In this document: piece after piece, positions 57,055-64,000 of the stretch
Numbering within the stretch: position 1 is the stretch's first letter
Layout: each line of letters begins with the position of its first letter
Source: Octopus vulgaris
Taxonomy: Eukaryota
Direction of reading: 5' to 3'
NCBI GenBank assembly: GCA_951406725.2
Contig: OX597833.1
Coordinates: forward strand, 51,088,001-51,152,000
DNA length: 64,000 bases
The notes under the pieces: model-generated
The model's input: only the letters and a program-made list of their open reading frames with translations
What the model was told of the DNA's origin: nothing
Database searches by the model: none
Position numbers and translations under genes: made by a program

Positions 57055-57441
57055 GTGGAGGCGCAATGGCCCAGTGGTTAGGGCAGCGGACTCGCGGTCG
57101 TCGGATCGCGATTTCGATTCCCAGACCGGGCGTTGTGAGTGTTTATTGAGCGAAAACACCTAAAGCTCCACGAGGCTCCGGCAGGGGATGGTGGTGATCC
57201 CTGCTGTACTCTTTCACCACAACTTTCTCTCACTCTTACTTCCTGTTTCTGTTGTACCTGTATTTCAAAGGGCCGGCCTTGTCACTCTCTGTGTCACGCT
57301 GAATATCCCCGAGAACTACGTTAAGGGTACACGTGTCTGTGGAGTGCTCAGCCACTTACACGTTAATTTCACGAGCAGGCTGTTCCGTTGATCGGATCAA
57401 CCGGAACCCTCGTCGTCGGAACCGACGGAGTGCTTCCATCC
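57055..57441 (+). mobile_element. tRNA-derived SINE, family A, full length with tail type 1
   Basis: Near-identical to 1160-1548. TSD atcttttccact at 57043-57054 and 57442-57453. Confidence 0.92.
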
Positions 57442-57639
57442 ATCTTTTCCACTGTTTCTCTGTCAATTTATGTAGATCACACTCTGACTACCCCTTTAAC
57501 TCTCACTTACCTTCTCTCTGCGTTGAACTCCTTATTCGCATAATTACCGAACCTGGAATTTAACTGCAGTCCATCTATAGCACTTATTCAGCATTACCTG
57601 ACACCTTTGGGTCTCAATGACACCATTACTTCTCATAAA

Positions 57640-57711
<72 letters not shown>

Positions 57712-57837
57712 ATCACGTGATCACGTGACCGACCAGACCATCAGATGTTGCTACACATCGCTGGTCACAATGCGTTCGCATTGATTTAGCCTTCGATTGA
57801 CGCCACCCCGCTGGCTAAGCGAGCAGGCTATATATAT

Positions 57838-57916
<79 letters not shown>

Positions 57917-58437
57917 TAGATATATACATATATACACATATATGTATATATTTATTTACATGTATATGTATTTATATGTATATATATATATATATATGTA
58001 CGTATAAAAAATATATATATATCTGTATGTGTATATGTATATATATATGTATGTATATATATGTGTGTATATGTATGTATATATGTGTATGTTTATATGT
58101 ATACATATACACACACACGCACACACAGGGACGCACGCACATGCACACAGACACACACACACACACATACACACATACACATATATACATACATACTTAC
58201 ATACAACCACATGTTAGTAGGACAGGTTCTTTCTTTTAATCAAACGTCAGTCAGTTTTTACATGATGTACGGTATTTGCATCTGACACATACTTTTCCAC
58301 CACCTAATGGTAAATCAACATTAAATCATGGAAAACCAGAAGGAAAACACAATACATACATACATTCATACATACCTATATACATACATATATACATATG
58401 TATATGTGAGTGTATGTGTATATATATATATATACAT

Positions 58438-58626
<189 letters not shown>

Positions 58627-58628
58627 GT

Positions 58629-58681
<53 letters not shown>

Positions 58682-59577
58682 GTCGTGTGTATGTACGTAT
58701 GAAAAAAATATAGCACACATCCATGACACCTGAAATGTATTTTGTCATTGTTTGCAGACATTTTAAACATCCTAAACAATATTGAATTCCTTTCAGATGT
58801 GTAAATATAACCATAATAGAAATATTCAACATTATATCGATATTCTAGAAATTTTCTATAGCACTCCAATAGGCTTCTACATCTTGCTGTGTCATTGGTT
58901 TTATCGATGGTGATGTTGTTGTTGGCAGTTGTGGTTGTTGGTGTTGTTGTTTTAGCTGGTGGTGGTCGTGGTGCTGGTGGTGGTGATTGCTGCGATTTTT
59001 CTAATTTTAGACATGTTTTTGTTAGAATGTATTTGAAAAATAATTGTATTGGTTTCTTTCTCTGTTTTTTTTTTTTTCCTTTTTACTTTTTCTATGTGTT
59101 GTTAATTTAGATTTTCAAGATATTAAATTGTCAATTTTTTCTGGTATTATTTCGTCGTTGTTGTTGTTGTTCTTGTTGTTGTTCTATTATTTTTGCTTGT
59201 TTGTCTGTCTGTTATGTTTTGTCATGTTATATTATATATATGTGTATTAGAAAAATAAAACGCTGTCGATGGTAAACTAAATTTAAGTTTTCGTCCTACT
59301 CATCACGATATGATGTGCAGCTTGTTAAATGTCATTATAGACAGCCTTAGTTTACGAAACCGAGTAGTCATTATATCTACGATGTGTGTGCGTGCACATC
59401 TGTATGAGTCTAGGACTGTTATCAGATTGTGAGAGATATTACTGTATGACATACATTCACCTATAAACGTGTGTGTGTGCTTGTGTACGTCTGTGTATGT
59501 ATTTATGCATGGTTATATATGTTTTTATGCATGTATATTTGTGTGTCTGTGTATGTGTGTGTGTTAGTCTGTGTGTG

Positions 59578-59667
<90 letters not shown>

Positions 59668-60110
59668 GATTTGTGGGAGGAAATGCGATGTTTATGTTGC
59701 TAAGTTTGTTTCCTTGCAATTTGGCAAGCGGCCCAATTTTAATATTTGCAAAATTTTAACGATATAATTTGTCAATGAAGATATTTTGGCATAATAAGCC
59801 CATTTATATAAAATTATTTAAATACAGTTCATGAAGAAATGTGTATATGTGGCATGTTCATTTGTGTTTTACACACATCTCGCACACACTCACACACGCT
59901 CACACACACAAACCTCATATATGAACCCAGAGCCCTAGAAATAGATATACACGCATATAAATATATGAATATATATATTACGTGTCAATAAATACCTTTA
60001 TGTGCATACACACATACATACATCTGTGTGTATATGTTCGTACGTATGCATACATATATTCATGCATGCATATATGTATGCATGAGTTTATATATGAATG
60101 TACCCTTTAA

Positions 60111-60350
60111 TAGGCGAAGAAGTGGCTGTGTGGTAAGTAGCTTGCTTACGAACCACATCGTTCCGGGTTCAGTCCCACTGCATATCATCTTGGGCAAGTG
60201 TCTTCTACTATAGCCTCGGGCCGACCAAAGCCTTGTGAGAGGATTTGGTAGACGGAAACTGAAAGAAGCCAATTGTATTCATGCGTATATATGTATGTGT
60301 GTGTATATGTTTGTGTGTCTGCGTTTGTTCCCCACCCCACCCTACCAACA
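60111..60350 (+). mobile_element. SINE family C, 5' half
   Basis: agtggctgtgtggtaagtagcttgc...ggaaactgaaagaagcc followed by the TG tract. Confidence 0.85.
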
Positions 60351-60554
60351 ATGCCAGTCAAATATTGAGTTCGTGTAATCAAGTTATCAATTGCCTTCGA
60401 TACGGGCGGACTTGAACCCTGAACTCTGCAACGGATTGGCATCCCGATCCGGTCTCTTACACGCTATGGAAACCGAGTAAGCGGCTATAACAGTTCTATG
60501 ACTCAAGAACAAAAATATTGGTCTCAAATTCTGGTACAAGGCTAGCAATTTCAG

Positions 60555-60727
60555 AGTAAATCGATTACGTCGACCCCAGTGCTCAACTGGCACTTATTTC
60601 ATCGTTCCTGAAATGCTGAAAGGCAAAGTCGACCTCGACGGAATTTGAACTCCGAACGTATAGACGGACGAAATGCCTCTAAGCATCTTTCCAGCATGCT
60701 AACACGGTTCTGTCAACTCGTCGCCTT
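60555..60727 (-). mobile_element. Diverged family B-related copy
   Basis: tcgaccccagtgctcaactgg...aaggcaaagtcgacctcgacggaatttgaactc. Confidence 0.7.
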
Positions 60728-60820
60728 CTCAAGAACAATATTATTGGCTTTAAATTTTGGTTCAACGTCAGCAATTTTTGGGGTAAGGGTAAGTCGATTA
60801 CATCTACTACAGTGTTTAGC

Positions 60821-61148
60821 GTGGAGACGCAATGGCCCAGTGGTTAGGGCTGCAGACTCGCGGTAGTAGGATCGCATTTTCGATTCCCAGACCGGGCGTT
60901 GTGTGTGTGTATTGAGCGAAAACACCTACAAGCTCCACGAGTCTCCGGCAGGGTTTGGTGGTGACCCCTATTGTACTCTTTCGCCACAACTTTCTCTCAC
61001 TCTCTCTTCCTGTTTCTTGAGTTACGCTGCGATGGACTGGCGTTCCTTCCACTTGGGGGGGGGCACGTGGACACGTGCGCCCCAGAAACCGGGAAACCGG
61101 GCCCATGAGCCTGGCTAGGCTTGAAAAGGGCATAACAAAGAAAACAAC
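60821..61148 (+). mobile_element. SINE with family A head and tail type 2, nested in an old B-related copy (about 60790-61290, -)
   Basis: 12-bp TSD acagtgtttagc at 60809-60820 and 61149-61160. Confidence 0.85.
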
Positions 61149-61769
61149 ACAGTGTTTAGCAGGTGCTTATTTCATTGACTCCGAAAGGATGAAAGGCATT
61201 GTGGACCTTGGTGGAATATGAACTCAGAATTTAAAGACAGACTAAGCATTTTACGCGGTTTGCTAATCATTCTGTCACCTCGCTACCTTCTCAAGACTCG
61301 TTCTCAAATATTGACAACATGGCTGCAAGATAAACAATTATGTTCCTTTACTGTAAGTAATTTACAGAAGTTAAACGGATAGTTTAGTGTGTAATTATTG
61401 GACAAGTGATCTAAATATACAGAACAAATGATGTTGAAGATCCATCGATTCGATGACGCAACAGTGATAACAGCAGTGTTGTGATGTTGTTATGGAATGA
61501 TTTATTAGCAAGAGAAATCTGAGTGAGTACTGTGTGAATAACAGTAGCTTTATTTCCTTCCCTCCTTCTCTCTCTCTCTCTCTCTCCCCTCTCTCATCTC
61601 TCGCTTCTCTCTCTCCCCCTTCAATTGAAATAATTGTGTGTTAAATGAGTTAAATGATACCCGTATTCCGTTTTACAGATGAATGGATTTGCCAATTAGT
61701 GACGAGCAAAGTGTGTTGTGCTCCATATACGTCAACAGAAAAAGAAAAGGAGATGACCGTCGTGATGAA

Positions 61770-61793
61770 GACGAGACGACAACGACGACGACA

Positions 61794-61832
<39 letters not shown>

Positions 61833-61945
61833 GTGATAGTTACTATTATGGGGCGTGATGGTGGTGATGCTGGGTGTGGCATTGGTGATTTTGCGTGTGG
61901 CGCTGGTGTAGGATCGGGTGGTGGTGGTGATGGTGTTTACGAATG

Positions 61946-61977
<32 letters not shown>

Positions 61978-62171
61978 GTGACGACAGCGTATGCAACACC
62001 TCTACGGCGATGACGACATTGATGAGGATAATGAAGGTGATGATGATGATGATGATGCTGACGATGACGATGGTGAAGATAAGCGACGGACGATGGCAAT
62101 GTCGTTGATGGAGAAGTTGACGATGGTGACGAGGACGATGACAACGACAACGGCGATGATGATGATGTCGT

Positions 62172-62220
<49 letters not shown>

Positions 62221-62352
62221 TGAGGATGATGCTGGTCTTGGTGGTGGTGTTGGCGGCGGCGGCGGCGGTGGTGGTGGTGGTGGCGGCGGCGGTGGTGGCG
62301 GTAGTGGTGGTGGTGGTGGTGGGAGGTGTGGTGGTGGTGGTGGTAGTGGTGG

Positions 62353-62383
<31 letters not shown>

Positions 62384-62490
62384 GGTGGTGATGGTGGTGG
62401 AGGTGGTGGTTATATTGGCTGTGGATGATGAGGGTTGTGGTGGTGGTGGGGGTGATGATGATGATGACGACGACGACGACGACGGCGACG
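61770..62490. repeat. Compound trinucleotide array (GAT/GGT/GAC/GGC)
   Basis: Successive trinucleotide runs. Confidence 0.9.
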
Positions 62491-63181
62491 ATCTCAGTTA
62501 ATCGGTAGTAATACCATCAAGTGTAAGATGTAAATAGGTCGACATAAAATCAATTAAAACACGAAAAAAAAACATGGCGCATTTGCTAGACATGTCATAT
62601 GTAAGTTTCTTGGACTAACATTTTCAACATTAAATCTGCCGCATCTAGTTTTACAGCCACACATCTTATTGGTTTTATTCCATTGATCAACAAGGGAAAG
62701 GAATCAAGGAATTGCATATTGATGAGCGACAGCAACAGCTTTTATAGATTGTCTTTATGGGTGACTAACTCACTTGCATGAAATCCCTCCCCCTTTTCAC
62801 CACCCGACCCTGTCTCTCTCTCTCTCTCCACTCTCTGTCTATTTCTTTCTCTCAGACTGTGTATCCTGCTCTTTATGAATGGAGAAATGTGATTCGTATA
62901 TGCTCTCATTGCTCACTCAGACACATAGTTTCTCATTGTCCGAACGAAGCACATACACAGTCGTAAATCACACAACACTGATATATTAACACACACACAC
63001 ACATACGCACACACAAACACACACACACATACATAAAAATATACATATATACACATGTATGTATATACACACACATACACACATATATAAATATAAATGT
63101 ATGTATGTGTTTGTGTGTGTATATCTATCTGTCTATCTCTCCTCTCTCTAAATATATATATACATACACACACACACGGAG

Positions 63182-63785
<604 letters not shown>

Positions 63786-64000
63786 ATGTGCAAATAAGTT
63801 TGTAGGTGTCAACGATGTAGAAGTAAAATTTCGTGCTAAATTTTAACTCGAGAAGGCCATCATTTTTTTTCTAAATAAGGACCATATGTTTTAAGTTGAG
63901 AAAGTATGCTTATAATTATAACCAGATGATTCGTTCTCAAATACTGATAGAATAATAATAAGGATAAGCGCATATTTAATTTAGACAGTGGGCGTCTTAG

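Noticed and set aside
57055-57130. Functional tRNA genes at SINE heads (also near 1480-1548, 17840-17910 and 60821-60895)
   Set aside because: A/B-box-like motifs are present, but I see no proper acceptor stem, and they continue into repeat bodies, most with TSDs.

Overview
Repeat-saturated, AT-rich eukaryotic intergenic or intronic DNA. It is very probably an octopus/coleoid cephalopod genome, inferred from the SINE families and microsatellite density and not verified. No host protein-coding exon can be supported, and almost all track ORFs are translated microsatellites. Content: (1) three tRNA-headed SINE-like families (here A, B, C) in many copies, with target-site duplications (TSDs), nesting, multimers and swapped 3' modules; (2) decayed mariner and Tigger/pogo transposases, a mariner-derived MITE, a non-autonomous Helitron, an RTE-clade LINE RT fragment and a decayed Penelope-type GIY-YIG endonuclease fragment; (3) mini- and microsatellites. 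The main signal is a set of type I hammerhead ribozyme (HHR) motifs in several unrelated short repeat families, whose sense 3' ends usually run into (TA)n tracts. The best case is 52016-53596: a 490-bp unit in tandem and inverted arrangement carrying three intact-looking hammerheads, each with a palindromic (dimer-type) stem III and a large stem II insert. It looks like a retrozyme or Penelope pLTR element that could release a 490-nt (circular) RNA. All structures were read by eye and nothing was computed.
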